NCBI GenBank assembly: GCA_046538485.1
Contig: JBKHIT010000002.1
Span: forward strand, 32,001-96,000
DNA from: Candidatus Brocadiia bacterium
GTDB taxonomy: Bacteria > Planctomycetota > Brocadiia > SM23-32
Direction of reading: 5' to 3'
Length of the DNA stretch: 64,000 bases
Shown here piece after piece: positions 48,446 to 58,900 of the stretch. The notes under the pieces were generated by a model that had not been told where the DNA came from, searched no databases, and saw only the letters and a program-made list of their open reading frames with translations. Position 1 is the first letter of the stretch. Each line of letters begins with the position of its first letter. The translations under genes were made by a program, and so were the position numbers.

Positions 48446-51007
48446 ATGAGTTTTCTTTATCCACTTATGCTGGCCGGAATCGCTGGGATTGCGGTGCCGG
48501 TGATCCTGCATCTCATAGCGCGGCACCGATTTCCTGTCCAGGATTTTCCGTCCATCCGCCTGCTTCAGGCTGAAAAACGTGCGAACGTTTTTGCGTTTAA
48601 GCTGGTTGATAAAGCTCAGCTGTTGCTCAGGGCGCTTTTGCTTCTCCTGCTGGCCCTTGCGATGGCTCGGCCATTTTTGAATACGGCGAAAGACGAACCA
48701 CCTCCGTTCAACCGCGTTGTCGTGCTCGATTGCTCTTCCAGTATGAAGATGACTGCAGAAAATGCGAGTGGGGGAGCAGCGCGACCGGCAAGCCTGATGG
48801 AAGTGGCAAAGAACAGGGGGACGGAATTGCTAAGCGAAGTCGAAGAGCCTGGCCATTCGGCCTGCGTTCTGGCCGGCCGTGTGCTGGAGCAGGATGGAAA
48901 TACAAGAAGCAAGGTGGGCTCACTGTTACCGGGACATGCCGAATCTGTGCCGATCGTGCAAATGGCGGAGGCAATTGATGGCGAAGGTGAAGGACTCGTG
49001 TCGGCTTTAGGGAGAGCATGCGGATTGCTCCAGGGGCGGCACGAAATACGATCGCAAATTGTGGTTCTATCCGATATGCGTCGTTCGGCTTTTGCCGCTC
49101 GTAATCAAGCCAATATTGAGAAAATAAGACGGGTCGAAAAAGAACTGGGCGATCGGCTGGATGTTGTTTTCGTTGATGTCCGCGCGGAACCACAGTCGAA
49201 TTTCGGACTCCTGGATGGTTACGTCCGGGGCGGAGCGGGCCAGGTGGGCGAAGATGCCCATATCGTTGCGCGAATTGAACATTTCACTGATCGTATAGAA
49301 GAGCCTGAAGAAAGGGGAGATTCTAATGCTGAGAGCAAGAAACCGGGTTCAGGGAAGACGATACACGCTCGGCTGCGAATCGGACAGCAGAAAGAACCGT
49401 TTGTCCGCGAAATAGCTCTCCAACCGGGATCACAGGCCGTTGTAGATATGACGACACGGGTAAACAAAGCGGTCGAAACCTTCGCTCAGGTCTATCTGCA
49501 GGACCCCGACGGAGTTGCAAGCCCCGACGCTATGTCGGAAGACGACCGGTTTGCTGTTCCCCTGGAGGTTGCGGATGTGCTGCGGGTGTTAATTATCGAT
49601 GGAACGGCTGCCGAAAAGGATACCAAAAGCGAAGTAGAAAAAGCAGATGGCGGTGTAATGACTGGTGGGCTTGGAGGGGATATGCACGGTGCCCCGCATT
49701 CTGAAGAAGAGAGCGATGGGGAATCGATCAGTGGAGTGCGAATTTTGCAGTATGTTCTCAACCCCGCTCGCGAACTGGGGCGAAGGGGGGGAACAGGTAT
49801 AAATGCCAGCGTGGTGACGCTGGACGGTTTAGCGAACCAGCCGCTGAGTAAATACCAAATTATTTGTCTTTATGATGTCAGTAGTCTTTCGGCACAGGCC
49901 TTATCGGACTTGGAGACATTTACAAAACAGGGTGGGGCGTTGCTTCTGATCGTAGCGGAAAATTGCAACCCGATGAAGTTTAATCGGACTTTGGCGTCGG
50001 CGGGGGCCGCTAATGCTGAAGCCGATGGGCGAGGGATGATTGCGCCGGCTCGGGTTGGGAACGAGAGAACTCTTAAATCTCCCGTAGGTGTTGCGCTAGG
50101 TTCGGAAAGTATGACCGAGCTCCATCCCGTGTTGGCGCCATTCCGGGATCAACGTCGGGGCGATCTTTCTGTGGTGAGATTTTCGAAGTTGCGGAAGTTG
50201 CGTGGGCTTGCGCGCGGCGCGGAAGTGATTGTTCAAAGCGAACCGCTGGGAGAAGGAAAACGGGGCATTCCATTAGTCGTGGAGCGAGACATCGGTGACG
50301 GCCGGGTGGTACTGCTGACATTCGGTTTCGAACTCGACCGCGGCAACGTTGCGCGGACGCGTGTTTTCCCCGTCCTTATGTGGCGGATTGTGGATTATCT
50401 CACAAAAAACCTCGAGCGGAAACCGCCTGATATTCTCACCGCTATGAGGCCTGCTGTACTGGATGTTTCCGAGCCGCGGTTTGCGTTCGTTGATGAAGTG
50501 GAGCTGGTCCCAGTTAAAGTTGCCAGAGAAAAATCGGCGGAAAAGAACGGCGAAAATGGGGATGTGAATCTGTCCGTGCAAAAAGAACGCGAAACGTCTT
50601 TAGCTGAACCGCTGATCTTGCCGATTGCGGAGGATCGGACGGTGTTAGTGCCGGCTATCCCGACGGGTTTGTATCGATTACAAAAAGTCCGAACGAACGG
50701 CGGAACTTCGATGTTCAGCGCCCGTTCTCGTTACGTCACCGTCAATCCCGACCCCGCTGAGAGCGATCTGGATCTGGTTTCCGGAGAAGATCTTAACGAG
50801 ATCGCGGGGGAAAGTTGGTCCCGCCTGCAGGTAGGTGAAACACTGAGTTTTGCTCCGGAAGGATGGGAAGCCTGGAAATGGCTGGTGCTGGCGCTGGTGG
50901 TTCTTTATGCTGGCGAAGGATTTGTCGGGTGGTGGCTGAGTGCCCGAAGAGAAAAAGAACGAGCCGATGAATTACCGTCTTTTAACGGAGAAGGAACGGA
51001 AGCATGA
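48446..51007 (+). CDS. BatA-domain / vWA membrane protein
   Basis: MSFLYP...VPVILHL...FPSIRLL...LALAMARP, MIDAS VLDCSSSM, VLSDM, GATase-like segment, C-terminal TM. Confidence 0.88.
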   Translation: MSFLYPLMLAGIAGIAVPVILHLIARHRFPVQDFPSIRLLQAEKRANVFAFKLVDKAQLLLRALLLLLLALAMARPFLNTAKDEPPPFNRVVVLDCSSSMKMTAENASGGAARPASLMEVAKNRGTELLSEVEEPGHSACVLAGRVLEQDGNTRSKVGSLLPGHAESVPIVQMAEAIDGEGEGLVSALGRACGLLQGRHEIRSQIVVLSDMRRSAFAARNQANIEKIRRVEKELGDRLDVVFVDVRAEPQSNFGLLDGYVRGGAGQVGEDAHIVARIEHFTDRIEEPEERGDSNAESKKPGSGKTIHARLRIGQQKEPFVREIALQPGSQAVVDMTTRVNKAVETFAQVYLQDPDGVASPDAMSEDDRFAVPLEVADVLRVLIIDGTAAEKDTKSEVEKADGGVMTGGLGGDMHGAPHSEEESDGESISGVRILQYVLNPARELGRRGGTGINASVVTLDGLANQPLSKYQIICLYDVSSLSAQALSDLETFTKQGGALLLIVAENCNPMKFNRTLASAGAANAEADGRGMIAPARVGNERTLKSPVGVALGSESMTELHPVLAPFRDQRRGDLSVVRFSKLRKLRGLARGAEVIVQSEPLGEGKRGIPLVVERDIGDGRVVLLTFGFELDRGNVARTRVFPVLMWRIVDYLTKNLERKPPDILTAMRPAVLDVSEPRFAFVDEVELVPVKVAREKSAEKNGENGDVNLSVQKERETSLAEPLILPIAEDRTVLVPAIPTGLYRLQKVRTNGGTSMFSARSRYVTVNPDPAESDLDLVSGEDLNEIAGESWSRLQVGETLSFAPEGWEAWKWLVLALVVLYAGEGFVGWWLSARREKERADELPSFNGEGTEA

Positions 51008-53271
51008 ACGTTATCTACTGGCTACTGGGACTTCGCGATCCCGGCTCAGTTTTAAAGATAACTGAATGGGCCTGGTATGCGGCCAGTTCGCCCGCTCTCT
51101 TGCTTCTTGTTGTAATAACCATTGTGGCACTGGCCGTTGCCGCCCTTAATTTGCTGCCCCAAAATGTCATGCCGTGGACTACCCGTTTCTCATTAACGTT
51201 AATGCGTATCGCGGGATTTGCGCTACTTGTGCTGATGCTGGCGCAGGTTGAACTCGGACTCACCGTTCACCGTGAAGCGCGCCCCCGGGTGGCAATGTTG
51301 ACAGATATTTCGGGGAGTATGTCGATTAAGGATGGAGGCGGCGAAGAATCGCGTCTGTGGGCGGCCAATGCTTTCGCAAATGAAAAGGTCTCCAGGCTTG
51401 CCGAACAAGCGGATGTTGCCCGTTACTCTTTCAACTGGCAGGTAACTTCAGACGAAGAAAACCAGGGGGAGGGTAATGGCACAACACACCTTATCGAGGC
51501 CATCGAAGAAGTGGCGAGGCGGGAGAAAAGCGTCGATGCGCTCATTTTGCTGACCGACGGACACGATACGGTGGGAAATACTGGCCGACGTCTGTCGCGT
51601 CTCCTGGCGGCCCGCGGGCTTCCCGTCTATCCGGTAATTTTCGGGAAATCGGAAAAACCTCGGATTGCGCGCGTGAGAGTGACGGAGGGCGCGAATTATG
51701 TGAGGCTGGGCGACGAAACCCGTTTGGCTGCGAGGGTCACCTCGGAAGGTGTTCGTGGGCAGACGGTGGCCGTGCACCTGTTCGAGGAGGGCAAAGAAAA
51801 ACCAGTAGCCAGCCGCGAGAACGTGCGAATTGGAAAGGGACCCGTTGAGGTCAATTTTGTTGTCCAGCCAACTGAACCGGGTCCACGAACGTATCGCATC
51901 GTTTTGAAGGGCGTCCGCGAATCGGTGAGTGAACGGACGCTTGTCGCAACACATCGCTTGAACGTGATCGACAAAAAGATCCGTGTGCTGTATGTCGACA
52001 TCCCACGGGATGAACGCAAAATTTTGGGACACTGGCTCACTCTTGATCCCGTAGTTGATTTTGCTGCGCTGACATTGATGCCGAAAGGGGGATGGTATGG
52101 GCAGGGAGCCCTTCAACACGAAGACGTGGGAGCCGGACTTCCGAACAAAGAAGCGGATTTGTATAAATACGATGTGATCCTTTTCGGCGATATCCCGCGC
52201 AGTTATTTTCGGCATGGGGGCGACGTAGCGGAGACCAAAATGCGCCGTCTGGTGGAATTTGTGAGCCGCCGGGGAGGTGGCATTGTGACTCTTGGCGGGC
52301 GCGATGTATACGCGGCTGGCGGTTACGAGGATTCTCCGCTTGCGCGTATTTTGCCATTCCGCATTGAACCCACCAAAGAGCCCCAGATCAAAGGCGAATT
52401 TTCGGCACAACCCACAGCGATCGGTTTCAGCCACCCAATAATGCAACTTGAATGGCATCCCCGAGAAAACCGGGATGTTTGGTACGGTCTGGCCCGGCTG
52501 AACGGCTGTAATCGGGTCGGGGAGTTGAAACCAAGTGCCACTTTGCTTGCAGAACGAAAACTAGAGAATGAGACATTTCCGGTCATTGCCATTCACAATG
52601 TGGGGAAGGGGAAAGTTCTTGGAATGACCTGCGATACGACCTGGAGGTGGGAGATGATGCGCCCCCCCGACAGCGAAGATTATTTTCGAAAGTTCTGGGG
52701 TAACGTGGTCCGATATCTCGCCCCCGATCCTCGCCTTTCACCTCACCGACCACAGATAATGCGATACCAATCGCGGGCAGCGGTGGGAGAACGAGTTACC
52801 CTTGCAACGCGCCTTGTCAATGATGTTTATGAGCCGGTGCGCAACGCGGATCTGCTTGTGAAAGTGCGCCACCCATCGGGAAGCTTAACAAAGATATATC
52901 CGCGGGATGGGCGGGATAGCCCGGGACTCTACGAATATGAAATTGATGTCGATGAACCCGGCATCTGGACGGTGGAAACTGTTTACAATGACGCAACGAC
53001 AACCGAGAAAATCAGGGCCGGGGAGAGTACGGAAGAGATGGAGGACCCGACAGCGAAACCAGACGCCATGAATCAGTTTGCCCGCACTACCGGGGGAAAA
53101 GCGTTTACTCCACAGGAAAGTGAGGATTTGCTGAATGCCCTGGATCTTGAGAGGCGAGAGTACGTTCAGCGACCTGTTGTTGCGGTCTGGAACCTCCCCA
53201 TTGTGCTGCTGGCACTTCTGGGATTAGTGTGTATGGATTGTTTCATCCGGAAGCGACGGGGGATGGTGTAA
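51004..53271 (+). CDS. Membrane-anchored vWA plus GATase-like (DUF1355-type) protein
   Basis: TMs, LTDISGSM, LLTDGHD, YDVILFGD...FVSRRGGG, DTTWRW...FWGNVVRYL, C-terminal TM ending RKRRGMV. Confidence 0.88.
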   Translation: MNVIYWLLGLRDPGSVLKITEWAWYAASSPALLLLVVITIVALAVAALNLLPQNVMPWTTRFSLTLMRIAGFALLVLMLAQVELGLTVHREARPRVAMLTDISGSMSIKDGGGEESRLWAANAFANEKVSRLAEQADVARYSFNWQVTSDEENQGEGNGTTHLIEAIEEVARREKSVDALILLTDGHDTVGNTGRRLSRLLAARGLPVYPVIFGKSEKPRIARVRVTEGANYVRLGDETRLAARVTSEGVRGQTVAVHLFEEGKEKPVASRENVRIGKGPVEVNFVVQPTEPGPRTYRIVLKGVRESVSERTLVATHRLNVIDKKIRVLYVDIPRDERKILGHWLTLDPVVDFAALTLMPKGGWYGQGALQHEDVGAGLPNKEADLYKYDVILFGDIPRSYFRHGGDVAETKMRRLVEFVSRRGGGIVTLGGRDVYAAGGYEDSPLARILPFRIEPTKEPQIKGEFSAQPTAIGFSHPIMQLEWHPRENRDVWYGLARLNGCNRVGELKPSATLLAERKLENETFPVIAIHNVGKGKVLGMTCDTTWRWEMMRPPDSEDYFRKFWGNVVRYLAPDPRLSPHRPQIMRYQSRAAVGERVTLATRLVNDVYEPVRNADLLVKVRHPSGSLTKIYPRDGRDSPGLYEYEIDVDEPGIWTVETVYNDATTTEKIRAGESTEEMEDPTAKPDAMNQFARTTGGKAFTPQESEDLLNALDLERREYVQRPVVAVWNLPIVLLALLGLVCMDCFIRKRRGMV

Positions 53272-55113
53272 ATGGCCAAACGATCAGGACAGCAGGGAAC
53301 GAAAGAAACGCGGGAATCCCTGCGTTCCCTGATGGATGGGCTCCGGGGTTTCGGCCGGTTCCGCAAAAAATGGCGCATTTTGGAAGGCCTCGGACGGGCC
53401 CTGGTTGTGGGGCCTGCGCTCCTTTTCTTGTGGTTTATCGTCGATTGCATCTTTAGGCTGCCTGCGTGGCCTCTCTTCCTCCTATTTGTTCTGGTATGTC
53501 TTGGCTGGTTGCTCGGTATTATCCGGTGGTTTGTGTGGCCGCTTTTTGGCAAGATCGACCCGGAACGGGAAGCGTTACAGGTAGAAAAACTGCATGGCAA
53601 TATGGACAACCGTCTCATCGGCGCTCTCCAGCTTGGCGAAGAAGTCCAGGAGAGTGAACGAACCGGGCACCGGTTAGGCTATTCCAAAGGGCTTGCGCGG
53701 GCTTTTGTGCGTCGGATATCTCGAATGTGGCCAAAACTCGAAGCACGACAGTTCGTCGACCTGAGATCTGCCAAACGATGGTTCGGAGCGATATGGCTTG
53801 TTGTGCTGATCGCCGGAGGCTGTTTTTTCCTCGGGCGCGATGCCGTGACGAATCGAGTCAACAGGCTCCGACTGGCTTATGCGACGGTCCTCGACACGAT
53901 TTTCCCTGTCAAACTCGTAGCACATCCGGGCAACATAAAGCTCGTTACAGGGGAATCGGTCGATTTGTCCGTCGAAGCTAAAGGTGCGCGACGGCCTGAA
54001 ATCGAGTTGATCATGACTGATCAAAACGGGAAAAATCCCCGAAGCGAGATGCTCGAACTCAAGGAGCATAAAGCCCGGTTTAAAATCGAAAAGGCGGCGG
54101 AGTCTTTCAGATATACATTCCGCTACGGACGACAGGAAACCGAACAGTATACGGCACTCGTGGCGGATCTGCCCCGGCTGGAAGCTATTAATTACGAATT
54201 GATGTATCCCGCTTATACCGGCCAGCCGCCTCGAACACTTGTGGGACGCGTGCCCCGATTGCGAGCCCTGGAGGGCACGCGTGTACTGGTAAGTTTCGCA
54301 ACGACATCTCCGCTGAATCGCGATCTTTCGCACGTGGAATGGCAAACGGGCGTTCGACAACCCATATCCATCCGGGGCCGGTTTGGCCATTTCTCATTTG
54401 TTCTAGAGCAGCCCGACCGTGCTAAGATCTATCTTTTCGGGATGCACGGGAAGAAATTCCGAATGGAAAAGACGCCGAGTTTTGAAATTGCGGTTCGACC
54501 TGATGAAAGCCCATCGGTCAGAGCCCTGCTGCGGAAGAAGAAACAGACGATGCTTGCTGAGCAGGCGACGGCTTTCGCGCTCGGTTATGCAGCAGAAGAT
54601 GATTTTGGCGTCTCGGAAATAGTGTTGAGATATAAGATCGAGGGTATTGATGAGTTTTTGAATCGGCCGACGCGGGAAAATGAGGTTACGCGGAAAATCG
54701 ATCCGCCCCGCGACAAGATCAGAGGAAGGTTTGCAAAAGTATTCGAAGCCGTGGAACCACCTCTTGCGCCCGGAGATCGCATTCGAATGACGATTCTGGC
54801 GCGGGATAACAATACGGAAACAGGACCGGGGCTCGGTAAAAGTCAGCCCATTGAAATTGTTGTGGTTCGACCGGATCTGGCGAAGTTTACCGAAAAGGAA
54901 TTCGCTTTTGGCGGACGAAGTTTGCTCGGCGAATTGCACAAAGTAAAACGCAGCACAAATTTGCTTGTCCAACCTGAACGGAGTGTGCGAAAAGAAAAGC
55001 AACACGAAGTTGAACCAAGGGAACTGGAAGCCAGACTGAATCCAGAATCGTGGCCCAGCGGGGCTGAAGATTCCGTAGGCGATTATTTCCGGCTTCTGTC
55101 GGAGGAGGAATAA
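53272..55113 (+). CDS. Short DUF4175-like membrane protein
   Basis: 3 TMs, NRLIGA, YPAYTG, DDFGV, ARDNN, C-terminal WPSGAEDSVGDYFRLL. Confidence 0.75.
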   Translation: MAKRSGQQGTKETRESLRSLMDGLRGFGRFRKKWRILEGLGRALVVGPALLFLWFIVDCIFRLPAWPLFLLFVLVCLGWLLGIIRWFVWPLFGKIDPEREALQVEKLHGNMDNRLIGALQLGEEVQESERTGHRLGYSKGLARAFVRRISRMWPKLEARQFVDLRSAKRWFGAIWLVVLIAGGCFFLGRDAVTNRVNRLRLAYATVLDTIFPVKLVAHPGNIKLVTGESVDLSVEAKGARRPEIELIMTDQNGKNPRSEMLELKEHKARFKIEKAAESFRYTFRYGRQETEQYTALVADLPRLEAINYELMYPAYTGQPPRTLVGRVPRLRALEGTRVLVSFATTSPLNRDLSHVEWQTGVRQPISIRGRFGHFSFVLEQPDRAKIYLFGMHGKKFRMEKTPSFEIAVRPDESPSVRALLRKKKQTMLAEQATAFALGYAAEDDFGVSEIVLRYKIEGIDEFLNRPTRENEVTRKIDPPRDKIRGRFAKVFEAVEPPLAPGDRIRMTILARDNNTETGPGLGKSQPIEIVVVRPDLAKFTEKEFAFGGRSLLGELHKVKRSTNLLVQPERSVRKEKQHEVEPRELEARLNPESWPSGAEDSVGDYFRLLSEEE

Positions 55114-55947
55114 ATGCGAGGTAAAAATAGCCATTACTCTGTCTTTCTTCGGTTGCTGACAATGTTGGCTGTAATCAGTCTCGTGACGGTGTCACGTAGC
55201 TTACGTGCCTCCTGGGCGGAACGTGCCGGGAAAATGAATAGAACGAAGCTTTCGGAACAAGAGGCACGGGCGAAGAGCGAGAAGGGCCAGCAGGAACGCA
55301 GAAACAAGCTGGCTATGCGTCGGATCAACCCCTCAATGGAAGGTGTTGACTGGAATGCTGACCCTACCGCAATCCCTTATATGCTCTACCAGGTGAACAA
55401 ACGAACCGATCTGCCTGTTTACGTCGATAATGACGGCCTCAAGGTGGCTACTGATGAGCTGTTCGAGTTTACCATCGTTTATCTTACCTCTCACACCCGC
55501 TGGTCGTTCAATGAAAAGGAAACGGCCAATATGCAACGGTTTTTGCGTCGTGGTGGGACATTGTTGCTGGATGATTGTTATAACCGGGGAAGTGCATTTA
55601 CCGATAGCGTTCGGCCGGAGGTGGCAAAGATGATCCCCGGTGCGGAACCGACAATGCTTTTGAAAGACGATTCCCGCGTGGAAGATGTATTCCGGATGGT
55701 GTATGAAACACCGTGGCCGGGGGAAGCAGGTCGGTTTCCCAACAAACCTTGGCAGTATTTTCTGCTGGACGGGCGTCCGGCGGTATTTTTCAGCCCCAAT
55801 GACGATGGTTGCGGCTGGGAAGTTTCAACTCCCCCGACGGCTTCAAACCCTATCGGTGAGGGAATCGGGCATGGAGGAGATAACCGACAACGAGAACTTA
55901 TGTATCAGTGGGCAACAAACTGGATGCTTTATGCTTACACACACTGA
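55114..55947 (+). CDS. Secreted DUF4159 domain protein
   Basis: Signal-like N-terminus; DWNADPTA, FLRRGGTLLLDDC, NDDGCGWE, NWMLYAYTH. Confidence 0.85.
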   Translation: MRGKNSHYSVFLRLLTMLAVISLVTVSRSLRASWAERAGKMNRTKLSEQEARAKSEKGQQERRNKLAMRRINPSMEGVDWNADPTAIPYMLYQVNKRTDLPVYVDNDGLKVATDELFEFTIVYLTSHTRWSFNEKETANMQRFLRRGGTLLLDDCYNRGSAFTDSVRPEVAKMIPGAEPTMLLKDDSRVEDVFRMVYETPWPGEAGRFPNKPWQYFLLDGRPAVFFSPNDDGCGWEVSTPPTASNPIGEGIGHGGDNRQRELMYQWATNWMLYAYTH

Positions 55948-55973
55948 TAATTGCCTTTGGCGGACGAACAATA

Positions 55974-58900
55974 ATGAAAACAGATAAATTATTTCTGCGG
56001 GGCCGCTGGGCTGCGATTTTGTTGTGCATTCTTTGCCTGGCTCTGGTGGGAGAAGTGTCTGCTGACGAAACCGTGGAGTTGCGGCTTGTGCCTTACGACC
56101 GGCCCGATGTTACGGTGGATGAACTCGACGAAGAACGACCGATCGTTAATCCAGTGTCAACCGCTCAGGGCGTTGAGATGAGACAAGTTGGGGTAGCGGT
56201 TACCTGTTGGGCACGGAATGTGCGGCTCGATGGCCAATCTGTTTTTGAACGCTACCACGGTAGGAAGTACGTGGGACGAGTTCCGGTCGTCAAAAAGAAG
56301 CTCGAACCCGGCAAACATACAATCTGGCCGGGCGAACATACCTTTACGGTAACGGATGAAGGCGAGCTTCAATCCGGGAGCCCCGCTCTGGAGATCGAGG
56401 AGAACGTTGTTCGGATCAAATGTTATCCGGTGACGATTGAAGCGTATCAGTCTTCGGGCCCAGGCTTATCGGGGACAATGCGACAGCAGGCACTGCCGGA
56501 GATGACGCTTCGTGAGGCAGAAGATGCCTGGAGCGCGGCAGAAGATAACAAAAAGAAACCCCGGGAGTTGTTGCCTGTTTTTGAGGATTTTGCACCGCTC
56601 CGAATCTGGCTGCCACCGAATACAGCGGGTGCTGGCTATTTGCTCCATCCGGTCGGGCTCACGTTTCAGCTGGATGCCGATGGGGTGAAGGTTGGATCGG
56701 GTGAGAAAGGGAGAAAAGTTGACGGTATTAAAACGGCGAAAAATAAAATTCGCGTACCGCTGAGAGTTCATCCAGTGCGTGGTGATCAGGGAAGTGCGCT
56801 CGTGGTTCTCGGTGTGCATAAAATGGAATGGGAACGGGAAAGTGGCCTCAAAGAGGCGCGATGGTATCCGCGGCACCAGCCATACGAGGTTCAAATTGCT
56901 GAAGAAGCGCCGACAATTGAAATTGAGGGACATTTGCAGACACTGCCAATAAAAATGATGAGAGTGCGAATTGTCGACCAGCTGAGCGGGGCCCAGCAGC
57001 TGCTTGTTGCGGAGATGGAGTCACCTCACCTGATCACTCAGCAGCAATTTGTAAGCCGTATCCGGGGTGTCGATGCTCGCGGGAGCAAGCTGGACGATAA
57101 GGTTGTTTTCGGGGAAGTGCGAAGGTATGGCGAAAATGAATGGAATAAGCTCGGATTGAAAGGCCATGGCCAGGGGGAGGCGAAATTTTTTGTGCCGGAA
57201 CTTCCAACGGGCCTTTACGAATTGCGGATCGGTTTCGAAGTGGCCGAAAACGACCGTTTCGGCGTAAAAAGATGGGTGACCATCGGGCCAGAGGAGCCAC
57301 GTCCGGGAGTTGGCACGTTTACTCAAAAGGGGCGAAATGCTTTCTACCGAGGAGAAGAATTCTGGATTGGTCTTGGTGTAAGAACTCCCGGGGAGCAGAT
57401 TCCCTCCGGCCAGCGCATCGAGTTGAAATTGGAGGACGAAAATGGGCGGGAACTCTCGGTCTATGTTGGGAAGACCAAGGCACCAATTGAAGAACGAAAA
57501 ACCTATGTGGTTCGGGTTGGCGGGGAGATGAGTTTAAAACTGGCGCCGGGGAAATACCGACTCGCAGCCAAACTGGGATCTTACAGTTCCCCGGGGCGTG
57601 ATATTTCGATTGTCGAACCTGATCCGCAGACGCATTTCACGACTATGCTCAATGGAAAATATAACGTCATCGGCAAACAGTATGAGAAAGTTCTCAAGAC
57701 GTGTGAAGGCGCAGAGTTTCTGGCCCGGGAAATAAAGGAGGCCGGATATAACACGTTCATGGGAATGAGCTACAGCTTGCAGCGTCATAACCGTAAAAAT
57801 ACGGCAATCGAGCAGCTTGTGCGTGAACGACCGTCTCTGGGCCCGTGGGAAAGTTATTATCAACCCAGCGGACGCGACCGGTTTATGAACGCGGCGGTTC
57901 GCAATAACTTGAGATTTTACGAGAATATCTTCAGTCATCACGACAGCATGTTACCACGGCATAAGGCTTTTCTCGCGGCCGCCGAACGATATGCGAGCCT
58001 CGAATTAGAGTCTATGCGGCACAGCCCCGTTTTTCGGGGAGTCTGTTTGTATGATGAGTTTTATCATTCGGGGGGAGTTCATACGGCAGCGATAAAGGAT
58101 ATGTTTCTGAAAGCCCAGCAGATGGGTTTCAGGGAACGTTATGATGGTTTGACTGTGGCGGAAGCCAAGAAAGCGCTCGATCGGTTTGTCAGACGACCGC
58201 CTGGGCGTCGGCGGACGGAAGATGTGGAGAAGTACCGGCTCTGGAAAGAGCATGAGGACTGGCAATGGGAACGATTTTCCCGACGTATGAACGGAGCGAT
58301 CAAAGATGTGATGCCGTCCGCTCGGACCTTTGCTCTCCAGAGATTCGGGGGTAGTAACGGGTCAAATATCGCGCACAATGGCCCTTCGGAGAAGGTTTTT
58401 GGACCGCTGGATATCGCATCCTGTGTTATGTACAAGGACGGAGGGTTTGGGGACCGGCCGGTATTCGCCCCAATGCAGGCGGATGTACTCAGCATTCGTA
58501 AAAATATCCCCGTCTGGACGCAACTTCATTGTTTTCACGGTCCCGGGATTTACGGGCGGCATCTTCTCCGGCAGGCGTTCTTTGCACTTTCGCAAAAAGT
58601 CGAAGGGTTCAGTTTCTTTACGATCGGGTTCGATCCAGAGAACCCCCGACAACTTGATAACAGGGATACGATTCGCACGATTGCCGCTGAACTTTGCAGG
58701 CCCTACGGTGATTTCTTCATGGCTTGCGAGAAGGGCTACAAAAAGGTTGGTATTTATTACTCGCGGACGGCGGCGCACCTGAGACAAAGAAAATCTCTAA
58801 AATTGAGTTACGCATGCGAAGGGCTCTGGGTTGGGTGTATGCGGGCTGGATATCCCGCCGACTTCCTCTACGATACCGATATAATTGAGGGCCGGGGAAT

